From Anaeromyxobacteraceae bacterium (lineage in GTDB: Bacteria > Myxococcota > Myxococcia > Myxococcales > Anaeromyxobacteraceae), in contig JASGHJ010000002.1 in NCBI GenBank assembly GCA_047602405.1, positions 320,001-384,000 on the forward strand: a stretch of 64,000 bases of DNA. Reading direction: 5' to 3'. The translations under genes and the position numbers were made by a program. Shown here one piece after another: positions 1 through 12,257 of the stretch. Under the pieces are notes generated by a model. That model searched no databases and had not been told where the DNA came from. It was given only the letters and a program-made list of their open reading frames with translations. Each line of letters begins with the position of its first letter. Position 1 is the first letter of the stretch.

Positions 1-1
1 C

Positions 2-3000
2 GACCTCATCGCGCTCTACGAGGGGCGCGCGCAGGCCGTGCCCGAGCCCGGCGCGCCGCTGCTCGCCCGCGCGGCCAACCTCGCGAGGAACCAGCTGCGC
101 AACACCGCCCGGGCCGAGGGCCTGTGGCGGCGCGTGCTCCAGGCGGAGCCCGCCCACGGCGACGCCCTGCGCGCGGTGGCGGAGATCCTGGAGGAGCGCG
201 AGGACTGGACCGCGCTCGCCGCGGTGCTCGAGCGGGAGGCCGCCGGGGCGCACGACCCGGCCGAGGCCGCCCGCCGGACGCTCCGGGCGGGCAAGGTCCA
301 CGAGGAGCGGCTCGGGCGGCGCGACCGCGCGGCGCTCCTGTACGCCCGCGCCTGCCGGCTCGATCCGACCCTCGGGGAGGCCCGCACGCGCGCGCTCGCG
401 TGCTTCGTGGCGCTGCGCCGGTTCGGGCAGGCGAAGAAGATGCTCGACGCCGTGCGCGACCTCGGCGGGGACCGCCCGGGGCTCGCGGCGGAGTACGCCC
501 GCCTCGGCGCGGCGCTCGTCGACGAGCCGCTCGAGCACGGCCTCGCGATGGACGCGCTCATCGAGGCGCTCGCCCTCGACCGGAGCGCGCCCGGCGCGGC
601 CGAGGCCCGCGAGCGGCTGAAGGGCATCCCCCGCGCGTGGCGCGACGAGGCGAGGGCCCTCGACGCGCGCGCCGCCGCCTCCACCGACCGCAGGGAGGCC
701 GCCGGGCTGCAGCTCAAGCTCGCGCAGCTGCACGTGGCCTACGACCCCGAGGGCGCGCCCCGCGCGCTCGAGCGGATCGAGCGCGCGTGGGCGCTCGCGC
801 CCGGCGACGGGTTCGCGCTCGAGCTCCTCGGTCGCGCCTTCGCGGAGCGGGGCGACCACCGCGGGCACGCCGACGCGCTCGCGAAGCTCGCGGCGGGCAC
901 CCGCGACCGCGCGGCGCAGGTGGCGCTGCACCTCGAGATGGCGCGCGTCGACCTCGTGCGCTTCGGCGACGCCGACGCCGCGCTCGCCGCGCTCGAGCGC
1001 GCGCTCGAGCTCGACCCCGCCTGCGAGAGCGCCGCGCTGCAGGCCTTCGAGCACCACGCCGACGCCGGGCGCTTCGACCGGGCGCTCGGGGTGCTCGAGC
1101 GGCACCTCTCGGCCGCGCCGGAGAAGCCGGCCCACGCGCCGCTCCGGGTGCGCTCCGCCCAGCTCGCGAAGGACCGCCTCTCCGACCCCGCCCGCGCCCG
1201 CCGCCACCTCGAGGCGGCGCTGCGCGTCGACCCCGGCCACTTCCCCGCGGCGACCGCGCTCGCCTCGCTGCTCGCCGACGCCGGCGAGTGGCAGCGGCTC
1301 GCCCAGCTCCTCGAGGGCGCGCTCGCCTCCGACGTGGAACCGGCCGAGAAGGTCCGCCTGCTCGAGCGCCTCGCCGAGGTGCAGCAGGAGCGGCTCGGGA
1401 AGCCGAAGGAGGCGCTGCGCACGCTCGCCCGGGCGCTCGCCCTCGATCCGGCCCGCGCCCAGACGCGCAAGGCCATGGAGGGCGCGGCCGCGCGCGCGGA
1501 CGCGTTCGGCGACCTCGCCCGGGCCTACCGCTCCGCCGCGGACGACGCCGCGGACCTGAAGGCGAAGAAGACCCTGCTCCGCCGGGTGGCGGAGATCGTG
1601 GACCGCGACCTCGGCAAGCCGGAGGAGGCCGTGCGCGCGTGGCGCGCGCTCCTCGAGGTCGACGCCGACGACAGGGGCGCGCAGGCCGCGCTCGACGCCT
1701 GCCTCGCGAAGGCGGGCCAGCAGGAGGAGCTCGCGAAGAGCCTCGACGAGCGCAGGCGGGCCGCCGCGGGGGACGAGCGTCGTTCGCTTTCGGTGAAGCT
1801 CGCGAAGCTCTGGCAGGACGCCGCCCGCTACGGCGACGCGGCGGGGGTGTGGCGCGAGGTCGTCGAGGCGGCGCCCACCGACGACGAGGCGCTGTGGGGG
1901 CTCCACGCCGCGCTCGAGGCCCAGAGCGGCCCCCGGGCCGCCGAGGAGCGCACCGGCGTGCTCGCCGCCCTGGCCGCCCGCGCGAAGGGCCCCTCCGAGC
2001 GCGCCGCGCTCGAGCTCGCCCGCGCCGAGCTGCTCGCCGACCCGCTCGCCCGCCCCGAGGACGCCGCGACGCTCGCCATCGCCGTGCTCGCCGCGGGCGG
2101 CATCGGGCCGGGCCTCGTCGCCGACGCGACGTCGCTCCTCGAGCGGCTCCCGGCGCGCGGCGCCGACGGGCTGCGCGTCGCCCAGGCGCTGGTGCCGGTC
2201 TACGCCTCCTCGAACGAGCCCGCGAAGCACGCCGCCGCCCTCGAGCTCGTGGGCCGGAAGCTCCCCCAGGGCGCCGACCCGCGCGAGCGGGCCCGCGCCT
2301 TCCTCGACGCCTCGCAGATCCGCGCCGACCGGCTCGGCGATCTGCGCGGCGCGCTCTCCGACGCCGCCGCCGCGCTGCGCGCCGCGCCCGACCACGCCGA
2401 GGCCCGCCGCCGCTGCGAGGACCTCGCGCGCCAGGTCGGCGCCCAGCGCGAGCTCTACGGCCTGCTCCAGGAGGCCGCCCGCCGGCTGCAGGGCCGGCCC
2501 GAGGAGGAGGCCGCGCTGCGCGTCCGCGCCGCCGCGGTGGCCGAGGAGGACCTCGGCGCCTACGACGACGCCGCCACCCAGCTCCACCGCGCCCTCGAGC
2601 TCCGCCCCGCCGACCCGGCCGTGCTCGCCGCGCTCACCCGCGTCGCGCTCGCCTCCGAGCGCTGGCAGGACGCCGACGCGCTCCTCGCCCGCCGCGCCCA
2701 GGCCGCCGCCGGGCCGGAGAAGGCCGCGCTGCTCGCGCAGCGCGCCGAGGTGCTCGAGGACCACCTGAAGGACCCCGCCGCCGCCGCGGCCGCGCTGCGC
2801 GAGGCCGTGGAGTTCACCCCGCAGGACGGCAAGGCCCGGCTCCTGGGCCGGCTGGCCGCGGCGCTCGGCGCCGCCGGCGACGCCGCCGGCCGGGCGAAGG
2901 CCCTCGCCGCGCTCGCCGCGAGCGTGCCGGACAAGGCCGAGGCCTCGAAGGCCGCGCTCGAGAGCGCGCGCATCCAGGCGTCGCTCGGCGACCCCGTCAC

Positions 3001-6000
3001 CGCCGCCGAGGCGCTCGCCGCCGCCTACGCCGCGAACCCCGAGGACGCCCCGACGCTCGCCGCGCTCGAGGCGGTGCTCGAGGGCGCGAACCCGGAGGCG
3101 ACCCTCGCCGCCGCGGGCGCGCTCGCGTCCCACCCGGATCCCCGCCGCCGCGCGAAGGCCCTCGAGGCCCGCGCCCGCGCGCTGCGCGATCCCGCCGAGC
3201 GGGCCGAGGCGCGCCTCGCCGCCGCCAGGATCCACGAGGCCGAGCTCGACCAGGTCTCGCTCGCCTTCCTGGACGTCGCCGACGCCGTGAAGGACGCGCC
3301 GGCCGACGCCGCCCTGCGCGCGGAGCTGCGCCGCCTCGCCGCCGAGAGCCAGGAGCTCGAGGCCTGCGCGAAGGTGTACGACGAGCTCGCCGAGCGGGCC
3401 CCCGCCGAGCAGCGGCTCACGATCCTCCGCGAGCGCGCCGAGTGGTCGGACCGCCGCCGCGATCCCGCCTCCGCCGCCGAGGGCTGGCAGCGCGTGCTCG
3501 CCGCGAACCCGGGCGACCGGGAGGCCCTCACCGCGCTCCGTCGCCTGCACCGCGCCCGCGAGCGCTGGGGCGAGCTCGCCGACGTGTGCGCCGAGATCGG
3601 GCGCGCCGCCCAGGAGCCCGCCACCCGCCAGGACGCGCTGCGCGAGGAGGCCGCAGTGGCCGAGACGCGGCTGCGCGACCTCGGGCGCGCCGCCGCCGCC
3701 TGGACGGCGGTCGCCGGCATGGCCCCCGCCGACGCCGAGGCCCAGGCCTCCCTCGAGCGGCTGCACGAGCAGCTCGACCGGCCCCGCGATCTCGCCATCG
3801 CCCTCGAGCGCCGCCTCGCGCGCGCGTTCGACCTCGACACGGCGGCCCGCCTCGCGGAGCTGAGGCGCACGCGCCTCGGCGACCCCGCCGGCGCGCTCGC
3901 GCTGCACGCCGAGCTCGTCCGGCGCGATCCCTCGCGCATGCCGTCGGTGGACGCGCTCGTCGCGCTCGCGGCGACCCCGGGCCCGGTCGGCCGGGAGGCG
4001 CTCGCCGCCGCCGAGCCGGCGCTCGCCGCGGCCGGCGAGCACGCGCGGAGGGTGGCGGCCCGCGAGGCGCGCCTCGGCGCGGTGACCGAGCCGGAGGAGC
4101 GCGCGCAGCTCTTCCTCGACGTGCGCACGATCCTGGCGCACGACCTCGCCGATCCCGCCGGGGCGTTCGCGGCGGCCCGCCGCGCGTTCGGCGAGGCCGG
4201 CCCGGCGCGCGCCGGGGCCGGCGCCGACCTCGAGCGGCTGGCCCGCGCGACCGGCAAGCTCGACGAGCTCGCCGCGGCGTGGGAGGAGGCGGCCCGCGGG
4301 GCCGCCGGCGCCGAGGCGCTCGACCTCGCGCGCCGCGGGGCGCGCCTGCGCACCGAGCGCGGCGCGGGCGCGGCCGCGGTCGATGCGTGGAAGCGCGTGC
4401 TCGACGCCGCGCCCGGCGACGGCGAGGCGATGGCGGAGCTCGAGAAGCTCTACCAGGCGTCGCGCTCGGCCGGGGAGATCCTGGTCCTCGCGCGGCACCG
4501 CGTCGGCCAGGCCGAGGGCCCGGCCCGGGCCGGTCACTGGCTGCACGCCGGCAAGCTCTGCGAGGACCTCGGCGACGCCGCCGCCGCGCTCGAGGCCTTC
4601 CGCGCCGCGCGCGCGGAGGACCCGGCGTCCACGCCGGCGCTCGAGGGGCTCGACCGGCTCCTCGCGCGCCAGCCGGCCTCGGAGGAGCACCTCGAGGTGC
4701 TCGCCGCCCTGGCCGGCCTCGCCGGCCCCGACGAGCGGCTCGCCGTGCTGCTGCGCCGCGCGGCGCTGCTCGAGGCCGATCCGTCGCCCCGCCGGGCGGT
4801 GGAGGGCTACGCCGAGCTCCTCGCCGAGTGGCCGCGCGAGCCCCGCGCGGTCGCCGGCCTCGAGCGCCTGCTCGCCCGGCCCGACGCGCGGGAGCCCGCC
4901 GCCCGCGCGCTCGAGGACGTGTTCCGCGCCGCCGGCGACGCCCGGCGCCTGGTGGGCCTGCTCGAGCTGAGGCTCGAGCACGCCGACCCCGCGGAGCGCG
5001 CACCGTTGCTGGCCGAGGTGGCCGCGCTGCACGAGCGGCTCGGCGATCGCAAGAAGGCCTTCCTCGCCCGCGCGCGGGAGCTCGACCTCGCCGCCGCGCG
5101 CGGCGAGGACGCCCCGGCCGTCCGCGCGGAGCTCGAGCGGCTCGCCGCGACGACCGGCGCGTTCGGCGAGCTCGCCGCGGCCCTCGAGGCCGCGGCCGGC
5201 GCGCCCGGGCTCCCGCCCGCGGCGGCGCTCGAGATGAAGCGGCGCCTCGCGGCGGTGGCGGCCGACCGGCTCGGCCGGCTCGACGCCGCGGCGCGCTGGT
5301 ACGAGGACGTGGCGCGCGAGGCGCCGACCCCGGAGACGCTCGGCGCGCTCTCGCGCGTCTACCGGAAGCTGGGCGCGCACCGCGACCTCGCCCGCACGCT
5401 CGGCCGCCTGGCCGACGTCGCGCCGGGCGCGTCGGCGCAGAAGGAACTCCTGCTCGAGGTGGCGAAGATCATGGCCGACCAGCTCTCGGATCGGGACGGC
5501 GCCGTCGACGCGTACAAGAAGATCCTCGCGGTCGATCCGGAGGACCCGAACGCGCTGCGCCTCCTCGGCAAGCTCCTCAACACCGCCGAGCGCTGGGACG
5601 AGCTCGCCGACGTGCTCGCCCGCGAGGTCTCCCTCGCCGACAGGAACCCGAACCTCGCCGCCGACGCGGCGGAGCTCCGCTACCGGCTGGGCCGGATCCG
5701 CCAGCAGCGCCTCTCCGACCCGGACGGCGCGCTCCTCGCCTACCGCGAGGTGCTCGCGAAGGTCCCGCGCCACCCCGGCGCGCTGACCGCGCTCGAGGAG
5801 CTCGCCCGCGGCTCGGGCGCCTCCGCGATCGAGGCGGCGGGCGTCCTCGAGCCGGTGTACGCGGCCGAGGGTGAGCACCAGAAGCTCGTCGAGACCCTCG
5901 AGGCCCGCGCCGCGAACGAGACCGACCCGGTGGCCCGCGCCGCGCTGCTCCGGCGGGTCGCGGACGTCTACGGCGGCTCGATGCGCAACGCCGAGCTCGC

Positions 6001-9000
6001 CTTCGTCGCGGCGAGCCGCGCGCTCGCCGCGCACCCCGACGCGCTCGAGTCGCTCGAGGCGGCCGAGCGGTGGTCCGCCCAGGCCGGCTCCGCCGAGGAG
6101 CTCGCGGCGCTGCTCGCCGAGAACGCCGACCGCGCCCGCGAGCCGCGCACCCGCGGCGAGCTGCTCCGCCGCATCGCCCGCCTCGCCCGCCCCGAGCCCG
6201 CGAAGGCGGCCGAGGCGTGGCAGCGGGTGCTCGACCTCCTCCCGGAGGACGCCGAGGCGTGCCACGGCCTCGTCGAGGCGCTCCGCGGCGGCCAGGAGCC
6301 CGAGGCCTTCGCCCAGGCGCTGCGCCGCGCGCTCGCCATCGAGCCCGACGACGCGCGGCGGGCCACGCTCCTCGCCGACCTCGCCGCCGTGCAGGACGAG
6401 CGCCTCGACGACGCCGGCGGCGCGATCCTCACCACCCGCCGCCTGCTGGAGCTGCGGCCCGAGGACCGCGACGCGCTCGCGCGCCTCGACCGGCTCTGCG
6501 TCCGCACCGAGCGGTGGGTCGACCTCGGCGAGGTGCTCGCCCGCGAGGTGCCGGCGGCGGCCGCCGCCGGGGACGAGGCCGCGGTGCTCGCCCTCGAGTA
6601 CCGGCTCGCCGAGCTCAAGGAGGCGCGGCTCCTCGACAAGGAGGGCGCGCTCGCCCTCTACGAGGAGGTGCTGAAGGCGCGCCCCGACCACCCCGAGGCG
6701 ATCGCCCGGCTCGAGGCCTGGCTGCAGCGCGACCCGGGCCACCCCCGGGTCGGCTTCGTCCTCGAGATGGCCTACGCGCAGGGCGGCGACGCCGCCCGGC
6801 AGGCGGCGGTGCTCGAGATGCGCGCCGGCGAGCGGCCGGACGCGGTGGAGCGCAAGGCGCTCTACCTGCAGCTCGCCGACGTGCGCGAGCAGAAGCTCGC
6901 CGACCCGGAGATGGCGTTCCTCGCGCTCTGCAAGGCGTTCCGCGAGGACCCGGCCGACGTGAAGGTGCGCGCCCGGCTCGAGAAGTCCGCGGAGGCCTCG
7001 GGGCACGAGGAGGAGCTCTGCGCGATCTACCAGGACGAGGTGGACCGCCTCCCGCCGGTCGACGCGGCGGCGGTCTCGCTCGTCATCGGAAGGCTGCTCG
7101 ACGAGCGGCTCTCCAATCCCTCCGGCGCGGCGCCCTACCTGCGCAGGGCCCAGGCGCTCGACCCCGAGGCCGCGCAGTTCGCGCTCCCGGCGCTCGAGCG
7201 CATCTACACGAAGCTCGAGTCCTGGCCGGAGCTCGCCGACGTGCTCTCGTCGCGCGCCGCGGCGGCCGCCGCCCCCGCCGACAAGGTCGCGATCCTCTTC
7301 CGCCTCGGCCAGCTCTGCGAGGAGATGCTCGAGCAGAAGGACCGCGCCGCCGAGGCGTACGAGCACGCGCTCGTCGCCGACCCGCGGCACCTCCCGTCCC
7401 TGCGCGCCCTCGAGGCGCTCTACGAGGGGGCCGGCCGCAAGGAGGACCTCTACCGCAACCTCGACGCGCAGCGCGCCGCCCCCGGCGACGCGGCGGCGAA
7501 GGAGCGGGTGATCGTGAAGCTGGCCGGGCTCGCCGCCGAGCTCGGGCGCATCGACGACGCGGTCGCGCTCTGGCGCGAGCTCCTCACCCAGAAGCCGCGC
7601 CACGACCAGGCCCTCGCCGCCCTCGAGGAGCTCTTCGAGCAGGGCGAGCGGTGGAGCGACCTCGCGGCGCACCTCAGGATCCGGCTCTCCGCCACGGTGG
7701 ACCGGCGCGAGATCGCCCGGCTCAACGACAAGCTCGGCCTCGTGCTCGGCACGAAGCTCGGCGACATGGGCCAGGCGGTCGCGAGCTACAAGGCCGTCCT
7801 CGACTCCGACCCGCGCAACAAGCGGGCGCTCGAGTCGCTGCGCGACATCTACGCCGCCCAGGGCGAGCAGGAGGCGCTCGCGGGCGTCTACCGGCGCCTC
7901 GTCCCGCTGCAGGAGGACGCCGCGGGCGTGAAGCGGGTCCGGCTCGAGCTCGCCGAGGTGCTGCTCCGCGCCGGCAACAAGCGCGAGGCCACCGAGCAGG
8001 CGAAGCTCGCGTTCGACATCGAGCCGCACCTCGCCGAGGAGCTCGTCCGCATCGAGGAGGTCTTCCGGCAGACCGGCGCGGGCGCCGAGGGCGTGCGCGC
8101 CGCCGAGGCGCGGGCGGCCCTGCTCGCCGAGCAGGGCGGGCCGGCCGAGGCCATCCCGGCCTGGCTCGCGGTGGCCGAGCTGTGGAAGGGCCAGCGGCGG
8201 CCGGACGCCGCGGCCGCCGCGCTCGACAAGGTGCTCGAGCTCGACCCGGGCAACCGCAGCGCCTTCGACGCGGTGCGGGCGATCCACCAGGAGGCGGGCA
8301 ACTGGCGCCTCTACGCGCGGGTCTCCGAGACCTTCGCGCCGCAGGTGGCCGACCCGGCCGAGCGGCTCGGCCTCATGAAGGAGGCCGCGGGCATCCAGGA
8401 GCGGCGCCTCGGCCAGAAGGAGGGCGCGTTCCTCGCGTGGTCGCGCGTGGTCGCGGCCGCGCCCGCCGACGAGGAGGCGCTCGCCGCCTGCGAGCGGCTC
8501 GCCGCCGAGACCGAGGCGAACGAGGAGCTCTCCGAGATCTACGAGCAGGTCGCCGACGAGTCGAAGGGCATCGTGCGGGCGCAGATCCTGCTCCGGCTCG
8601 GCAGGCTCCGCGACGAGAAGCTCGACGACGCCGACGGCGCGGAGAGCGCCTTCCGGCGCGCGCTCGAGGCCGACCCGGGCAGCCCGGAGGCGCTGGCGTC
8701 GCTCACGCACCTCTTCAAGCGCCGCGGCCGCGTCCGCGAGCTCGTCATCACCCTCGAGCAGAAGCTCGAGGCGGCCGCCGACATGGCCGAGAAGAAGGCG
8801 ACGCTCGTGGAGGTCGCCCGGCTCTACGACGGGGAGCTCAAGGACGTCGACGAGGCCATCACCGCGCTCCGCCGCGTGCTCGAGCTCGACGGCTCCGACC
8901 CGGCCGCGCTCGACGCGCTCACCGGCATCTACCGGCGCGAGGCGCGCTGGCAGGACCTCGCCGGCGTGCTCTCCCGCGCCCGCGACCTCGCGGCGACCGA

Positions 9001-12000
9001 CGAGCACCGCATCGCCTACCAGCTCGCGATCGCGTCCCTCTACGAGAACGAGATCTCCGACGACGAGGCCGCGGTCGAGGCCTACCGGACCGTGCTCGGC
9101 ATGGACGACGGGAGCCAGGAGGCCCTCTCCGGCCTCGAGCGGCTCTACACGAAGCTCGACCGCTTCGCCGAGCTGAACCGGGTCTACGAGCGGCAGGTCG
9201 CGCTCACGAGCGACCCGGTCGAGCAGGCGCACGTCCTCGCGAAAGAGCGCCGGCATCCAGGAGGAGAAGCTCCACGACGCGAAGGCGGCCACCGAGAAGA
9301 ACGAGCAGATCCTGTCGCTCGACGGCGGCAACCTCCCGGCGGTGAAGGCGCTCGAGCGGCTCTACCGCGACGCGAAGTCGTGGGACCGGCTCATCACGGT
9401 GCTCCAGCACCACCTCACGCTCGTCACCGACCGGCGCGACCAGGTGGCGCTCGAGGTCCAGATCGGCGAGGTCTGGTACAAGGAGATGGCCCGCGTCGAT
9501 CGCGCCGAGGCCATCTTCAACCACGCCCTCCAGCTCGATCCCGAGTCGCGCCAGGCGGTCTCGGCGCTCGGCCGGCTCTACGAGCGCTCCGGCAACTGGA
9601 ACCTCGCGCTCGACATGCTGAAGCGCGAGGCCCGCATCGCGGGCGGCGCGAAGGACGCGGTCGACCTCCACGTCCGGATGGGCGGCATCCTCGAGGACAT
9701 GCTCCTCGACGTGAACGGCGCGAAGGAGGCCTACCAGAAGGCGCTCGCGCTCGACCCGGGCTGCCTGCCCGCGGTCCGCGCGCTGAAGGGCATCGCCGAG
9801 CGGGGCCGCGATCGCGGCTCGTACCTCGAGATGCTCCTCGACGAGGCCCGGTACGCGACCGATCCCGCCGAGAAGACCCGCCTCTACACCGAGGTCGGCC
9901 GCCTCCACCAGGAGGAGAAGGACGATCGCGACGGCGCGGCGAAGTACTACGAGGAGGCGCTGAAGCGCGCCCCGGGCCACCTCGAGGCGGCCCGCCCGCT
10001 CGCCGACATCTACATCCAGGACCAGCGCTGGGTGGACGCCGAGCGCGTCCTCGACGCGTGCGTCGAGGCGATCCAGGGCTACGGCGACGCGAAGGAGCTG
10101 TGCCGGCAGTGCTACCGGCAGGGTTACGTCGCCGAGAAGCTCGGCAAGCGGGAGAAGGCGCTCGCGTGCCACCGGCGCGCGTACGACCTCGACTCGACCT
10201 ACCTGCCCGCGCTCGAGGGCCTCGGCCACCTCCTCGTGCAGGAGGGGCAGTGGGACGAGGCGCTCCGGATCTTCACGACCATCATCATCCACCACCGGGA
10301 CGGCCTCACCGACCTCGAGGTGGTCGAGACGCACTGGCAGATCGGCGAGATCTCCGACAAGCTCGGCCAGCAGGACCGCGCGGTCGGCGCCTTCCGGAAG
10401 GCCCTCGAGATCGACGCGAACCACGAGCCGTCCCGCAAGAGCCTCGTGAGGGTCCTCGAGACCCTCGGCGACTGGGAGGGCGTGGTCGAGCAGCGCCAGC
10501 GGCTCCTGCCGCTCCAGGAGGGCCCGGCGAAGTTCGAGAACTTCGTCGCCCTCGGCGAGGCCTGCCGCGACCGGCTCCACGACCCGTACCAGGCCATCGA
10601 CGCCTACCTCGGCGCCTCGCGCGTGGATCCGACCTCGCTCCCGGTCACCCAGGCGCTGCTCGGCCTCTACAAGGAGACGCGCCAGGGCCAGAAGGCGGCC
10701 GACGTGCTCGCGCAGCTCCTCGAGCGGCCCGAGGTCCAGGCCGACCGGCCGAGCGCGGCGCAGATGCACCTCTCGCGCGCCGAGATCCTGCGCACCGAGG
10801 TGAAGGACGAGCCGGCCGCGCTCGTCGAGCTCGAGAGGGCGCTCGACGCGAACCCGCGCCTCGTGCAGGCGTTCGCGCAGGTCGAGGAGATCCTCGGCGG
10901 CCAGAGCCGCTGGGAGGAGCTCGAGCAGGCCTACGTGCGGATGATCGCGCGGCTCCCGAAGACGCCCGACGCCGCGCGCGCCCGCGCCGGCCTGTGGCGC
11001 GCCCTCGGCGACCTCTACCGCAACGTGCTCCGCAACGAGGAGGGCGCCCGCACCGCGTACCAGGTCGTGGCGCGCTCCGAGCCGGAGGACGCCGCGGCGC
11101 TCGAGATCTACGCCGAGCTCGCGACCGCGAAGCCGGGCGAGGAGGGCGAGGCGATCGGCGCCTACCGCCAGCTCCTCAAGCTCGGCGCGATGCCGAACAA
11201 GGCCGCCTCCGCGCTCGTGAAGCTCCACGCCCAGCGCAAGGAGTACGACCTCGCGTACTCCGCCGCGCAGGTGCTCGTGCACCTCGTCGGCGGCGCGACG
11301 CAGGAGGAGGTCCAGGTCGTCTCCCGCCTGCGCAAGTTCGCGCGCGACCAGGCGAGCCGCTCGATGGACGACGCGATGTGGGACCTCGTGAAGCACGAGC
11401 GCGTGAAGGGGCCGCTCGCGGACATCCTCACGCTGCTCGCGGTCCACGCCCGCGGCATGTTCGTGCAGAAGGAGAAGGACCTCGGCATCAACCCGAAGCG
11501 GGACGAGATCGACGTCCAGGGGTCGATGCTGTTCTTCGCGAACATGTTCAAGTACGTGGAGCGCACGCTCGGCACGAAGGGCCTGAGGCTCTTCCGCCGC
11601 GAGGAGCTCCCGAGCCGGCTGCAGCTCCTCCCGACCGAGCCCATCGGCGTGGGGGTGGTGGAGGACGCCTTCGCGGAGCGGCCGAAGAAGGAGCTCTGGT
11701 TCGCGCTCGCGAAGGCGATGACCTTCGCGCGCCCGGAGATGCTGCTCGCCCGGCTCATGCCCCACGAGCAGCTCGACCTCGTGTTCCAGGCGGCGTGCTC
11801 GGTGGGGACCTCGCGGTTCGTCGTCACCGCCGACCCGCACCTCGTCGAGAAGCTGAAGCGGGAGCTCGACCGGACGCTGCCGGAGAAGGTCCGCAAGAAC
11901 GCCCTGAAGGTGCTCGCCCGGAACTACTGCGACGTCCAGCACCCGGGCGACGTGCGGGCCTACCTCGACGGCGCCGAGCTGACCTCCAACCGGGTGGCGA

Positions 12001-12173
12001 CGCTGCTCGCCGGGGACCTCGAGCTCGCGAAGCGGGGCGCCCTCTCCGAGAAGCCCCAGGTCTCGAAGCTGCGGGAGGACACGCGGGTCAAGGATCTCCA
12101 GTCGTTCTGCCTCACCGACACCTACGGGACCCTCCGAGATCGTCTCGGGCTCTCGTGCGTCGTAACCACCTGA
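2..12173 (+). CDS. gltI: Giant tetratricopeptide-repeat protein, GltI/AgmK-like gliding motility protein (5'-partial; one apparent frameshift at ~9243)
   Basis: The frame is open from base 2 and contains continuous TPR-like helical repeats (ALALDP, ALERLY motifs). An extra A in gcgaaagagc (~9243) joins ORF 38.. to ORF 9342..12173 (…VLAK|SAGIQEEKL…). It lies directly upstream of a gltJ/agmX-like gene, matching the myxobacterial agmK-agmX order. Confidence 0.75.
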
Positions 12174-12191
12174 GGCGGCGAGACGCCTCAG
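12170..12191 (+). terminator. GC hairpin at the gltI stop
   Basis: CTGAGGCG-gcgaga-CGCCTCAG is a perfect 8-bp stem. There is no U-tract. Confidence 0.35.
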
Positions 12192-12210
12192 CGGCAGGCG
12201 CGGGCGCGCG

Positions 12211-12240
12211 TTGACGGTCGGCCCGGCCCAAGACTAGGAT
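12211..12240 (+). promoter_or_regulatory. Sigma70-like promoter of gltJ
   Basis: TTGACG-18 bp-TAGGAT, ending 17 nt upstream of ATG 12258. Confidence 0.55.
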
Positions 12241-12257
12241 TCACGCGGACTTACCCC

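Noticed and set aside
9245..12214. C-terminal ~990 aa of the 4058-aa ORF
   Set aside because: Out-of-frame read-through after the extra A at ~9243. The real TPR sequence continues in the 9342..12173 frame.
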